Origin: Ylistrum balloti
Lineage: Eukaryota
DNA: 64,000 bases
Reading direction: 5' to 3'
Assembly (NCBI RefSeq): GCF_031769215.1
Contig: NW_026781917.1
Location: 2,170,001-2,234,000 of the forward strand
The notes beneath the pieces are model-generated. The model worked only from the letters and a program-made list of their open reading frames with translations, was not told the DNA's origin and did not search any database. The translations under genes were made by a program, and so were the position numbers. How positions within the stretch are numbered: the stretch's first letter is position 1; every line of letters begins with the position of its first letter. Below are positions 1 through 13,830 of this stretch, piece after piece.

Positions 1-438
1 GTAGAAGTCCTATGGTTTTCTGTAATATAAAATCCGACATAATGTTCAGACATAACTTCTGTATTTATCAATATGTTGTCTTAAGAGTAGACTCGGTGTT
101 TTTGGCGTGGGTGAACCCTTATGTGTGCACCACCGTTATTGGCAATTTTCCAGATCTTTTTTTTACAGGCTATATACGAATGTCATGCGTACGGATATTC
201 ATTTCTTACGCTGTATCGTGTTTCGATATTCAGATACTAGGAAATATTTTACGAGGTAAGCAGTCGGGTATAGTATTTAAATGTCTATTTTCTGGAACAT
301 GCATTTTGTTATAAGACAATGCAATGTAAAAGCGTAGATATAAAAGATGGTTTAAGAGAAGAGTTTACTGGGTAACAAAAAAGGAAATAACGGTCATATG
401 TTGTTAAAAATGATCATACAAACATCATAGAAATATGA

Positions 439-3400
439 TATGTGTATTTGTACTGTATGTCCTGTATGACTAGTGTGTTACGTGTATTTGTACTGTATGT
501 CCTGTATGACTAGTGTGTTATGTGTATTTGTACTGTATGTCCTGTATGACCTGTGTGTTATATGTATTTGTACTGTATGTCCTGTATGACTAGTGTGTTA
601 TGTGTATTTGTACTTTGGTCCTGTATGACTAGTGTGTTATGTGTATTTGTACTGTATGTCCTGTATCACTAGTGAGTTATGTGTATTTGTACTGTATGTC
701 CTGTATGGCTAGTGTTTTATGTGTATATTGTCTGTTTGTCCTGTACGACCTGTGTGTTATGTGTATTTGTACTGTAGGTCCTGTATGACTAGTGTGTTAT
801 GTGTATTTGTACTGTATGTACTGTTTGACTAGTGTGTTATGTGTAATTGTAGTGTTTGACTAGTGTGTTATGTGTATTTGTAGTGTTTGACTAGTGTGTT
901 GTGTGTATTTGTACTGTATGTCCTGTATGACTAGTGTGTTATGTGTATTTGTACTGTATGTCCTGTATGACTAGTGTGTTATGTGTATTTGTACTGTATG
1001 TCCTGTATGACTAGTGTGTTATGTGTATTTGTACTGTATGTCCTGTTTGACTAGTGTGTTATGTGTATGTTGTCTGTATGTCCTGTATGACTAGTGTATT
1101 ATGTGTATTTGTACTGTATGTACTGTTTGACTAGTGTATTATGTGTATTTGTGTTGTAGGTCCTGTATGAAAAGTGTGTTATGTGTATTTGTACTGTATG
1201 TCCTGTATGACTTGTGTGTTATGTGTATGTTGTCTGTATGTCCTGTATGACTAGTGTGTTATGTGTATTTGTACTGTATGACTAGTGTGTTATGTGTATT
1301 TGTACTGTATGTCCTGTATGACTAGTGTGTTATGTGAATTTGTACTGTATGTACTGTTTGACTAGTGTGTTATGTGTATTTGTAGTGTTTGACAAGTGTG
1401 TTATGTGTATTTGTACTGTATGTCCTGTATGACTAGTGTGTTATGTGTATATTGTCTGTATGTACTATATGACTAGTGTGTTATGTGTATTTGTACTGTG
1501 TGTCCTGTATGACTAGTGTGTTATGTGTATTTGTACTTTGGTCCTGTATGACTAGTGTGTTATGTGTATTTGTACTGTATGTCCTGTATGACTAGTGTGT
1601 TATGTGTATTTGTACTGTTTGTCCTGTATGACTAGTGTGCTATGTGTATTTGTACTGTATGTCCTGTATGAAAAGTGTGTTATGTGTATTTGTACTGTAT
1701 GTCCTGTATGACTAGTGTGTTATGTGTATTTGTACTGTATGTCCTGTATGACTAGTGTATTATGTGTATTTGTACTGTATGTACTGTTTGACTAGTGTGT
1801 TATGTGTATTTGTACTGTATGTCCTGTATGACTAGTGTGTTATGTGTATTTGTACGGTATGTCCTGTATGAAAAGTGTGTTACGTGTATTTGTACTGTAT
1901 GTCCTGTATCACTAGTGTGTTATGTGTATTTGTACTGTAGGTCCTGTATGACTAGTGTGTTATGTGTATATTGTCTGTTTGTCCTGTACGACCTGTGTGT
2001 TATGTGTATTTGTACTGTATGTCCTGTATGGCTAGTGTGTTATGTGTATTTGTGTTGTAGGTCCTGTATGACTAGTGTGTTATGTGTATTTGTACTGTAT
2101 GTCCTGTATGGCTAGTGTGTTATGTGTATATTGTCTGTTTGTCCTGTACGACCTGTGTGTTATGTGTATTTGTACTGTATGTCCTGTATAAAAAGTGTGT
2201 TATATGTATTTGTACTGTATGTCCTGTATGACTTGTGTGTTATGTGTATGTTGTCTGTATGTCCTGTATGACTAGTGTATTATGTGTATTTGTACTGTAT
2301 GTCCTGTATGGCTAGTGTGTTATGTGTATATTGTCTGTTTGTCCTGTACGACCTGTGTGTTATGTGTATTTGTACTGTATGTCCTGTATGACTAGTGTGT
2401 TATGTGTATTTGTACTGTATGTCCTGTATGACTAGTGTGTTATGTGTATTTGTGTTGTCGGTCCTGTATGGCTAGTGTGTTATGTGTATTTGTACTGTAT
2501 GTCCTGTATGAAAAGTGTGTTATGTGTATTTGTGTTGTAGGTCCTGTATGGCTAGTGTGTTATGTGTATATTGTCTGTTTGTCCTGTACGACCTGTGTGT
2601 TATGTGTATTTGTACTGTATGTCCTGTATGACTAGTGTGTTATGTGTATTTGTACTGTATGTCCTGTATGGCTAGTGTGGTATGTGTATATTGTCTGTTT
2701 GTCCTGTACGACCCGTGGGTTATGTGTATTTGTACTGTATGTCCTGTATGAAAAGTGTGTTATGTGTATTTGTACTGTATGTCCTGTATGACTTGTGTGT
2801 TATGTGTATATTGTCTGTATGTCCTGTATGGCTAGTGTATTATGTGTATTTGTACTGTATGTACTGTTTGACTAGTGTGTTATGTGTATTTGTAGTGTTT
2901 GACTAGTGTGTTATGTGTATTTGTAGTGTTTGACTAGTGTGTTATGTGTATTTGTACTGTATGTCCTGTATGACTAGTGTGTTATGTGTATGTTGTCTGT
3001 ATGTCCTGTATGACTAGTGTGTTATGTGTATTTGTACTGTATGTCCTGTATGACTAGTGTGTTATGTGTATTTGTACTGTATGTCCTGTATGACTAGTGT
3101 GTTATGTGTATTTGTACTGTATGTACTGTATGACTAGTGTGTTATGTGTATTTGTACTGTATGTCCTGTATGACTAGTGTGTTATGTGTATTTGTACTGT
3201 ATGTCCTGTATGACTAGTGTGTTATGTGTATATTGTCTGTATGTACTATATGACTAGTGTTATATGTGTATTTGTACTGTATGTACTGTATGACATGTGT
3301 GTTATGTGTATTTGTACTGTATGTCCTGTATGACTAGTGTGTTATGTGTATTTGTACTGTATGTCCTGTATGACCTGTGTGTTATATGTATTTGTACTGT

Positions 3401-6400
3401 ATGTCCTGTATGACTAGTGTGTTATGTGTATTTGTACTTTGGTCCTGTATGACTAGTGTGTTATGTGTATTTGTACTGTATGTCCTGTATCACTAGTGAG
3501 TTATGTGTATTTGTACTGTATGTCCTGTATGGCTAGTGTTTTATGTGTATATTGTCTGTTTGTCCTGTACGACCTGTGTGTTATGTGTATTTGTACTGTA
3601 GGTCCTGTATGACTAGTGTGTTATGTGTATTTGTACTGTATGTACTGTTTGACTAGTGTGTTATGTGTAATTGTAGTGTTTGACTAGTGTGTTATGTGTA
3701 TTTGTAGTGTTTGACTAGTGTGTTGTGTGTATTTGTACTGTATGTCCTGTATGACTAGTGTGTTATGTGTATTTGTACTGTATGTCCTGTATGACTAGTG
3801 TGTTATGTGTATTTGTACTGTATGTCCTGTATGACTAGTGTGTTATGTGTATTTGTACTGTATGTCCTGTTTGACTAGTGTGTTATGTGTATGTTGTCTG
3901 TATGTCCTGTATGACTAGTGTATTATGTGTATTTGTACTGTATGTACTGTTTGACTAGTGTGTTATGTGTATTTGTACTGTATGTCCTGTATGACTAGTG
4001 TGTTATGTGTATTTGTACTGTATGTCCTGTATCACTAGTGTGTTATGTGTATTTGTGTTGTAGGTCCTGTATGAAAAGTGTGTTATGTGTATTTGTACTG
4101 TATGTCCTGTATGACTTGTGTGTTATGTGTATGTTGTCTGTATGTCCTGTATGACTAGTGTGTTATGTGTATTTGTACTGTATGACTAGTGTGTTATGTG
4201 TATTTGTACTGTATGTCCTGTATGACTAGTGTGTTATGTGAATTTGTACTGTATGTACTGTTTGACTAGTGTGTTATGTGTATTTGTAGTGTTTGACAAG
4301 TGTGTTATGTGTATTTGTACTGTATGTACTGTTTGACTAGTGTGTTATGTGTATTTGTACTGTATGTCCTGTATGACTAGTGTGTTATGTGTATATTGTC
4401 TGTATGTACTATATGACTAGTGTTATATGTGTATTTGTACTGTATGTACTGTATGACATGTGTGTTATGTGTATTTGTACTGTATGTCCTGTATGACTTG
4501 TGTGTTATATGTATTTGTACTGTGTGTCCTGTATGACTAGTGTGTTATGTGTATTTGTACTGTATGTCCTGTATGACTAGTGTGTTATGTGTATTTGTAC
4601 TGTATGTCCTGTATGACCTGTGTGTTATATGTATTTGTACTGTATGTCCTGTATGACTAGTGTGTTATGTGTATTTGTACTTTGGTCCTGTATGACTAGT
4701 GTGTTATGTGTATTTGTACTGTATGTCCTGTATCACTAGTGAGTTATGTGTATTTGTACTGTATGTCCTGTATGGCTAGTGTTTTATGTGTATATTGTCT
4801 GTTTGTCCTGTACGACCTGTGTGTTATGTGTATTTGTACTGTAGGTCCTGTATGACTAGTGTGTTATGTGTATTTGTACTGTATGTACTGTTTGACTAGT
4901 GTGTTATGTGTAATTGTAGTGTTTGACTAGTGTGTTATGTGTATTTGTAGTGTTTGACTAGTGTGTTGTGTGTATTTGTACTGTATGTCCTGTATGACTA
5001 GTGTGTTATGTGTATTTGTACTGTATGTCCTGTATGACTAGTGTGTTATGTGTATTTGTACTGTATGTCCTGATTGACTAGTGTGTTATGTGTATTTGTA
5101 CTGTATGTCCTGTTTGACTAGTGTGTTATGTGTATGTTGTCTGTATGTCCTGTATGACTAGTGTATTATGTGTATTTGTACTGTATGTACTGTTTGACTA
5201 GTGTGTTATGTGTATTTGTACTGTATGTCCTGTATGACTAGTGTGTTATGTGTATTTGTACTGTATGTCCTGTATCACTAGTGTGTTATGTGTATTTGTG
5301 TTGTAGGTCCTGTATGAAAAGTGTGTTATGTGTATTTGTACTGTATGTCCTGTATGACTTGTGTGTTATGTGTATGTTGTTTGTATGTCCTGTATGACTA
5401 GTGTGTTATGTGTATTTGTACTGTATGACTAGTGTGTTATGTGTATTTGTACTGTATGTCCTGTATGACTAGTGTGTTATGTGAATTTGTACTGTATGTA
5501 CTGTTTGACTAGTGTGTTATGTGTATTTGTAGTGTTTGACAAGTGTGTTATGTGTATTTGTACTGTATGTACTGTTTGACTAGTGTGTTATGTGTATTTG
5601 TAGTGTTTGACTAGTGTGTTATGTGTATTTGTACTGTGTGTCCTGTATGACTAGTGTGTTATGTGTATTTGTACTTTGGTCCTGTATGTCTAGTGTGTTA
5701 TGTGTATTTGTACTGTATGTCCTGTATGACTAGTGTGTTATGTGTATTTGTACTGTTTGTCCTGTATGACTAGTGTGTTATGTGTATTTGTACTGTATGT
5801 CCTGTATGAAAAGTGTGTTATGTGTATTTGTACTGTATGTCCTGTATGACTAGTGTGTTATGTGTATTTGTACTGTATGTCCTGTATGACTAGTGTGTTA
5901 TGTGTATTTGTGTTGTAGGTCCTGTATGACTAGTGTGTTATGTGTATTTGTACTGTATGTCCTGTATGACTAGTGTGTTATGTGTATTTGTACTGTATGT
6001 CCTGTATGAAAAGTGTGTTATGTGTATTTGTACTGTATGTCCTGTATGACTAGTGTATTATGTGTATTTGTACTGTATGTACTGTTTGACTAGTGTGTTA
6101 TGTGTATTTGTACTGTAGGTCCTGTATGACTAGTGTGTTATGTGTATTTGTACTGTATGACTAGTGTGTTATGTGTATTTGTACTGTATGTCCTGTATGA
6201 CTAGTGTGTTATGTGTATTTGTATTGTATGTCCTGTCTGACTAGTGTGTTATGTGTATTTGTACTGTATGTCCTGTATGACTAGTGTGTTATGTGTATTT
6301 GTACTGTATGTCCTGTATGACTAGTGTGTTATGTGTATTTGTACTGTATGTCCTGTATGACTTGTGTGTTATGTGTATTTGTACTGTATGTCCTGTATGA

Positions 6401-9187
6401 CTAGTGTGTTATGTGTATTTGTACTGTATGTCCTGTATGACTAGTGTGTTATGTGTATTTGTGTTGTAGGTCCTGTATGACTAGTGTGTTATGTGTATTT
6501 GTACGGTATGTCCTGTATGAAAAGTGTGTTACGTGTATTTGTACTGTATGTCCTGTATCACTAGTGTGTTATGTGTATTTGTACTGTAGGTCCTGTATGA
6601 CTAGTGTGTTATGTGTATATTGTCTGTTTGTCCTGTACGACCTGTGTGTTATGTGTATTTGTACTGTATGTCCTGTATGGCTAGTGTGTTATGTGTATAT
6701 TGTCTGTTTGTCCTGTGCGACCTGTGTGTTATGTGTATTTGTACTGTATGTCCTGTATGAAAAGTGTGTTATGTGTATTTGTATTGTATGTCCTGTATGA
6801 CTTGTGTGTTATGTGTATATTGTCTGTATGTCCTGTATGACTAGTGTATTAGGTGTATTTGTACTGTATGTACTGTTTGACTAGTGTGTTATGTGTATTT
6901 GTAGTGTTTGACTAGTGTGTTATGTGTATTTGTAGTGTTTGACAAGTGTGTTATGTGTATTTGTACTGTATGTCCTGTATGACTAGTGTGTTATGTGTAT
7001 ATTGTCTGTATGTACTATATGACTAGTGTGTTATGTGTATTTGTACTGTGTGTCCTGTATGACTAGTGTGTTATGTGTATTTGTACTGTATGTCCTGTAT
7101 GACTAGTGTGTTATGTGTATTTGTACTGTATGTCCTGTATGACTAGTGTGTTATGTGTATATTGTCTGTATGTACTATATGACTAGTGTGTTATGTGTAT
7201 TTGTACTGTGTGTCCTGTATGACTAGTGTGTTATGTGTATTTGTACTGTATGTCCTGTATGACTAGTGTGTTATGTGTATTTGTACTGTATGTCCTGTAT
7301 GACTAGTGTGTTATGTGTATTTGTACTGTATGTCCTGTATGACTTGTGTGTTATGTGTATTTGTACTGTATGTCCTGTATGACTAGTGTGTTATGTGTAT
7401 TTGTACTGTATGTACTGTATGACTAGTGTTATGTGTATGTTGTCTGTATGTCCTGTATGACTAGTGTGTTATGTGTATTTGTACTGTATGTCCTGTATGA
7501 CTAGTGTGTTATGTGTATTTGTACTGTATGTCCTGTATGACTAGTGTGTTATGTGTATTTGTACTGTATGTCCTGTATGAAAAGTGTGTTATGTGTATTT
7601 GTACTGTATGTCCTGTATGACTAGTGTATTATGTGTATTTGTACTGTATGTACTGTTTGACTAGTGTGTTATGTGTATTTGTACTGTAGGTCCTGTATGA
7701 CTAGTGTGTTATGTGTATTTGTACTGTATGACTAGTGTGTTATGTGTATTTGTACTGTATGTCCTGTATGACTAGTGTGTTATGTGTATTTGTATTGTAT
7801 GTCCTGTCTGACTAGTGTGTTATGTGTATTTGTACTGTATGTCCTGTATGACTAGTGTGTTATGTGTATTTGTACTGTATGTCCTGTATGACTAGTGTGT
7901 TATGTGTATTTGTACTGTATGTCCTGTATGACTTGTGTGTTATGTGTATTTGTACTGTATGTCCTGTATGACTAGTGTGTTATGTGTATTTGTACTGTAT
8001 GTCCTGTATGACTAGTGTGTTATGTGTATTTGTGTTGTAGGTCCTGTATGACTAGTGTGTTATGTGTATTTGTACGGTATGTCCTGTATGAAAAGTGTGT
8101 TACGTGTATTTGTACTGTATGTCCTGTATCACTAGTGTGTTATGTGTATTTGTACTGTAGGTCCTGTATGACTAGTGTGTTATGTGTATATTGTCTGTTT
8201 GTCCTGTACGACCTGTGTGTTATGTGTATTTGTACTGTATGTCCTGTATGGCTAGTGTGTTATGTGTATATTGTCTGTTTGTCCTGTGCGACCTGTGTGT
8301 TATGTGTATTTGTACTGTATGTCCTGTATGAAAAGTGTGTTATGTGTATTTGTATTGTATGTCCTGTATGACTTGTGTGTTATGTGTATATTGTCTGTAT
8401 GTCCTGTATGACTAGTGTATTAGGTGTATTTGTACTGTATGTACTGTTTGACTAGTGTGTTATGTGTATTTGTAGTGTTTGACTAGTGTGTTATGTGTAT
8501 TTGTAGTGTTTGACAAGTGTGTTATGTGTATTTGTACTGTATGTCCTGTATGACTAGTGTGTTATGTGTATATTGTCTGTATGTACTATATGACTAGTGT
8601 GTTATGTGTATTTGTACTGTGTGTCCTGTATGACTAGTGTGTTATGTGTATTTGTACTGTATGTCCTGTATGACTAGTGTGTTATGTGTATTTGTACTGT
8701 ATGTCCTGTATGACTAGTGTGTTATGTGTATATTGTCTGTATGTACTATATGACTAGTGTGTTATGTGTATTTGTACTGTGTGTCCTGTATGACTAGTGT
8801 GTTATGTGTATTTGTACTGTATGTCCTGTATGACTAGTGTGTTATGTGTATTTGTACTGTATGTCCTGTATGACTAGTGTGTTATGTGTATTTGTACTGT
8901 ATGTCCTGTATGACTTGTGTGTTATGTGTATTTGTACTGTATGTCCTGTATGACTAGTGTGTTATGTGTATTTGTACTGTATGTACTGTATGACTAGTGT
9001 TATGTGTATGTTGTCTGTATGTCCTGTATGACTAGTGTGTTATGTGTATTTGTACTGTATGTCCTGTATGACTAGTGTGTTATGTGTATTTGTACTGTAT
9101 GTCCTGTATGACTTGTGTGTTATGTGTATTTGTACTGTATGTCCTGTATGACTTGTGTGTTATGTTTTTGTTGTTTGTATGTCCTGT
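439..9187. repeat. 40-bp tandem satellite, about 220 monomers
   Basis: Monomer ACTAGTGTGTTATGTGTATTTGTACTGTATGTCCTGTATG repeats continuously, with 31-bp deletion variants and recurring diagnostic variants. The C/V/Y-rich ORFs here are by-products of the repeat. Confidence 0.98.
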
Positions 9188-10668
9188 GTTTTTTGGGATG
9201 ATGATCAAATATCCCCATTTCTTTATACTCAATAGCTCTACCTGATATGAAAATCAACACAATCTTGTCGTGTATTTTGTATTATTCACCTAACATAACG
9301 GTTTTAGTAAATAAATCAAATTAAATTTCATTGCTATCTGAATTAATACAAAGCTAATCTGTACACTAGGAAGTTAAGCTCAGTACATTAGATCATTATA
9401 TATCTACATTTCTTTCCTCTTATTATCATAAAGAGAGGATATAGGTAAAACCTGATGTCCTATCCTGTTGACATTTTTTGTCAATTAACTTTGTTGATAT
9501 TGAAACAAACGCGTTTATGTCGAATCAATATGAATTCATTATTTTAATTTTATGAATCATTCTTTTCTAAAACTGTCTCTATGTATTAAAATACTTTTCT
9601 CAGTGTTGAAATAGTTATTTTTCACAAACTGCCAGTTTTGTTTTTAAGGGCGCAATGATTTATGTCTCAAATCAATCTTGTAAACATACATACAATGACA
9701 GACACTAACCTATAGTGGCTTATTTTTACTGGCACTCACCGCAGTTACTGGTATCAACGTATCATCTCTGGAACTAGCCAAACATACACATAAAGGACAA
9801 AGACCTCACCCTTCCCATGCCTGTTCTCTCACCCCAAACACTTGTATTGAAATCACGGGATGAAACAAAATGTATATTATGGTGTAGAATATGTTAATTA
9901 ATTTCTTCATTTATCCCACCTTATCCGATCGTAACAATTACCATTTCAACGTAACGTATCTTATTATAAAATCATATTTATCATATCATATCATATTTTA
10001 AAAAAGTAGCACTATTACATATATAATAATGAAAAGTAAGAATAATGAACATATCCATGCAGTCTTACTGGAATGGATTATTAGAAAGAAATATGTTAGT
10101 TGTTAGTTAAGTAGTCGAATCTTTAGAAAGGATTCCAAACGTGGCAAAAAAAAAAAAAAATAAATAAAAATAAAAATAAAAAATAGCTAACCAAAATATT
10201 TTTTTTTGATATACTAGAACAAAGCTTTTCTTACTCAATACAAATTTATTTTCGACATCATGATCTAGAGGTATGAAACAAATATAAATTAAGATCTATT
10301 GTGACTTCAGCATTGTTTTCAGAGTACAGTATTTGTTCTAAATAATATAAATAAATGGAAGGAGAATATTGTTACACAGTTATACAATACGATAAACACT
10401 CAGTGGCTGAAATTAATGATTGTCATTTAAAGCCATGTGTGGCAGTGATAAAGCATGTAGGTGACGGATTCAATTCATAAATTACACGGCAGCATTGGAA
10501 GATTTAAACTAAATGTACTGGGAAAAATAAAAGTAATTACAATAATGATTCACAGAACTACCATTAATGTATTTCCTCTTTCAATTTTACTTCAAACAGA
10601 TTCATAATAAATGCTTATTTAGATTCATACTTTCATACATATTGTAACAGAGTCATTATTCATTTCGT

Positions 10669-11190
10669 TGCCTCAGCTAGTATTTGAACCAGGAAACAAC
10701 TTTACCTCGAGTTTCCTGGGGTTATAGCGATGCTGATGGGGCATGGCTAAGTACTAGTCTCGGGTCCCTATATGGGCGCCAATGTGAAAGAGGTCATAAT
10801 TCATTTCAATGCCTCAGCTAGGATTCGAACCCGGAACCTCTGGCTTGCTAGTCTGACGTTCAAGCGATCCAGCTGAAGTGAAGTTCTCTCTAGCCGAGCG
10901 GTATATTGCGGCTAGTATATACCAGGCTTACATACTCCCCCTCAAGGAAACAACTTGTCTTCGAGTTTCCAGAGGTTACAGAGAAGCTACTGGGGCATTA
11001 GTGGAGCGTGGCTAAGTACTATTCCCGGGTCCCTACATGGGTGCCAATGTACACGAGATCATTATTTATTTAAAGACTTCCGCCAGGGTTTTAACCCGGA
11101 ACCTCTAGCTTACTAGTCTGACGCTCAACCCGTCGAGCTACAGAGAAGTTCTCTCTACCCGAGGGCTGTATTTCGGCTAGTGTTTACAAG
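10669..11190 (-). mobile_element. Tandem tRNA-derived (Thr-AGT-like) SINE-type repeat: two ~254-bp units plus a fragment
   Basis: GGAAACAAC recurs at 10692 and 10946 (period 254). On the minus strand, unit 1 has the B box GGGTTCGAATCC. Unit 2 has an A-box-like GTAGCTCGACGGGTTGAGCG and an anticodon-loop-like CTAGTAA. Confidence 0.7.
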
Positions 11191-11616
11191 GTACGTATGT
11201 ATGTATTTCTAGTATCACCATATTTTCTTAAGGAAAGGACTGACATAAGGTTTACCTGCTGTCAGATCCCCTTGTCTTATGGCAACAACATTTTATGAAA
11301 CTGAAATTGAAAAAACTTCATAGCACAGTTTCTGTGCCACTCTAGAACTTGTCAGCTATGTCAACATTAGTGTTACCTTTGGGTCGAGTAAAATCTTCAT
11401 CTGTCAAAAGAAATGTCAAAAACAAGATGATGTATTTCATTTTACCCAAATAATCTTTCAGTGTCTTTTATTTTGTCTTATATTTTATCTTTTAAATAAT
11501 TTACGAATAAAAACCCGTAAAATACATGTGTTTATATTTTCTAAGCTTTGAATAAGTAAAAACATCTCGATCATAAACTAGTTCACGTCTTTTGTTTCAG
11601 CAAATAGTTCAGTGAC

Positions 11617-12951
11617 ATGAGCAAAATGGATGTCGAAAAAACTGTTACCAACGACCGCCTGTTCATAAGAACTAACTTAGCTGCAAGTTTCACCTCTTCT
11701 GTTGAGTTCATTTTCCTGCCTTTGTTCTTGTAATGATAGTGATGACAACAGGGACCAGGCGCCAAGGGGAAACAAGAAACGTAAGAAAAAACGTTTCAAA
11801 ATATTTAGAAAAACCCACAGCGTGACGATTGCTACAGAAAACATGGCAGATCAACAGCAATGTGATTCATTGTCACTAAAACATCGGTTTACAGACATTT
11901 TTCAAAAGAAATATAAATCAAGACACTACAATGTTTCTAAACCAGCAACATACAATACTGTAAATGTTGATATTGAAAAAAGCGTTCTCAATGTTGACCA
12001 AAATAATGTTAATGCTTATATTGAAATACATCAACAGCAAATATGTTTAGGAGAGACAACCGAAAAGGATGACAGTAATAATTCTTCAAGGCGGAATGCG
12101 AAGGCGATTTGGATATCATCAGCTGAAAACAGTCATAGACATAGTTCACCGCAACCAGGGATATTTCTGCATGCAAGACGATGATATCAAGATAAGAAAT
12201 AAAGTCAACATCGTAGACTCGAAAGACTAGTAGGTTATCATATATAGAATATAATTAGTTCAATGATGATATTGTCTCAGTTATCCTTTTGTATTTTTCT
12301 CACACGCAGTCTAGCCTCAAAAACTTGCACCATAAGTTTCTTCAATTACGAGTCATAGACAAGTGAGTAGGTTTATGATGCAGTTGTATTGTAGGCTATG
12401 TTTTACCATATTCTGGGACTGTCTTTAAAGGTCTTCTTATTAAGTAACTCATTTGTACAATAGTAAATAATCCGATCCAAACTTCGGAAAAAGCATTGAT
12501 ATTAACCCTTTTGACAATTGCAATATACGACAGAGATAACATTGGGAAACGTGAAAGATCTACAAAACGGGTCTTCAGATCAGTTCAGGAGCAGTTACAC
12601 AAACCGACTGATTTTCTAGAATTAAAGCTAAAACATCACACATCTGCTGTGGAACCAGAATATCGCAAATCCGCAAACAAGAAAAAAGAGGAAGTCCTAT
12701 ACAATCGGTGTAGTTTTGCTTGTTCGAAACCTTCTTGCAGTGTATGGGGACCAGCCAGTGTTAGTAATTTTGTTGTCAGGTCACAATTGCCCTTGGATAA
12801 AAATGTAAAACAATTAATGTCAGATGTTCAGTTGATGAAAAATCATTTGTTGTCCGAATCCAATGACACTTCGTTCGATTGGCCGGTTAACAAACAAACA
12901 AACACACTGCCGTGTAGACGATATTGTACACAGTGTCCTTATAACCTGTAA
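11617..12951 (+). pseudogene. Paralogue A of the coiled-coil/RHIM-like family (pseudogene)
   Basis: Acceptor TTTGTTTCAG ends at 11600; ATG at 11617/11626. Similar to copy C (SSFSC...DSDD, KKR..IFRK.HS, HYNVS; exon 2 TDFLE.KLKHHTSA...WGP...DKNVKQLMSDVQLMKN.LLSE). Lesions: +1 frameshift near 11688-11701, further shifts near 12.10-12.16 kb and in exon 2, donor GT>AT (12192-12193), acceptor AG>AA (12522-12523). Confidence 0.88.
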
Positions 12952-13462
12952 GACTGACGTGGTAATGAAACATTGTAATCAGACATTAGTACACCATCGA
13001 TATCAATACAACATGGTAGACGGTTAAAAAGAGTGTTGCTTGTTACAGTTAAAAGTTTATATATCTACTATGATATATAATTGTGGTGTTTTTCGTTATC
13101 TGAGTAAACTGACATTTAAATTACCTGCTTAACAAAATACTGCCATTAGTATACAAGGTCAAAACAATAAAAAATGCTTATCCAGACATAAAAGATAACA
13201 TGTATCTTTTAGTTTAATTTATTGTTGTTTGTAAATCAATTGATCATGTTTTTTTTTCTTTAAAAAACACCTGTCGTTTATTGCGCAATGATGTATCATT
13301 CAAGAGTAATGCATCTCTAACGAAGAGACGCGCCTCCTATTTTTGTGTTATTTTCAGAACAAAATTACAAAAGAAAACTATCACATATACAGTTGGATTC
13401 ATATTGGCATTTAAATTGTAAATTTGTTTATCTCGCATAACTAGTTTTGAAAAAAATGTACT

Positions 13463-13830
13463 TTGTGTGGTACAAAGCTGGACGTGTTTGATGCTCGTTA
13501 GTTTGCCTGTTGGTTCCGTTGTGTGGTATAAAGCTGGACGTGTTTGATGCTCGTTAGTTTGTCTGTTGGTTCTGTTGTACGATATAAAGCTGGACGTGTT
13601 TGATGCTCGTCAGTTTGCTTGTTGGTTCTGTTGTACGATATAAAGCTGGACGTGTTTGATGCTCGTTAGTTTGCCTCTTGGTTCAGTTGTTGTTTACCTT
13701 GTTCTCATTTGAGAACGTCACATTACATACTTGGATTAACAAAAATTTTCATGGTTGGTTCAACGAAGCAGAATACGCTTACTCTTACGGAACACCTGGT
13801 CTTACTCTCCTGGTACTTTTTTCACGAATC
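13463..13830 (+). mobile_element. Dispersed non-autonomous element with an internal 54-bp tandem array (about 4 units)
   Basis: Units AAAGCTGGACGTGTTTGATGCTCGTTAG..., then hairpin GTTCTCATTTGAGAAC, then the CTTACTCTTACGGAACACCTGG tail. The same layout occurs at 42.1-43.6 kb and inverted at 47.6-47.8 kb. Confidence 0.8.

Noticed and set aside
12-314. 100-aa ORF at the window start
   Set aside because: No recognisable motif on either strand and no supporting exon structure.
1795-8371. C/V/Y/L-rich ORFs in the satellite
   Set aside because: They are translations of the 40-bp repeat; the frame drifts every unit and there are no splice or start signals.
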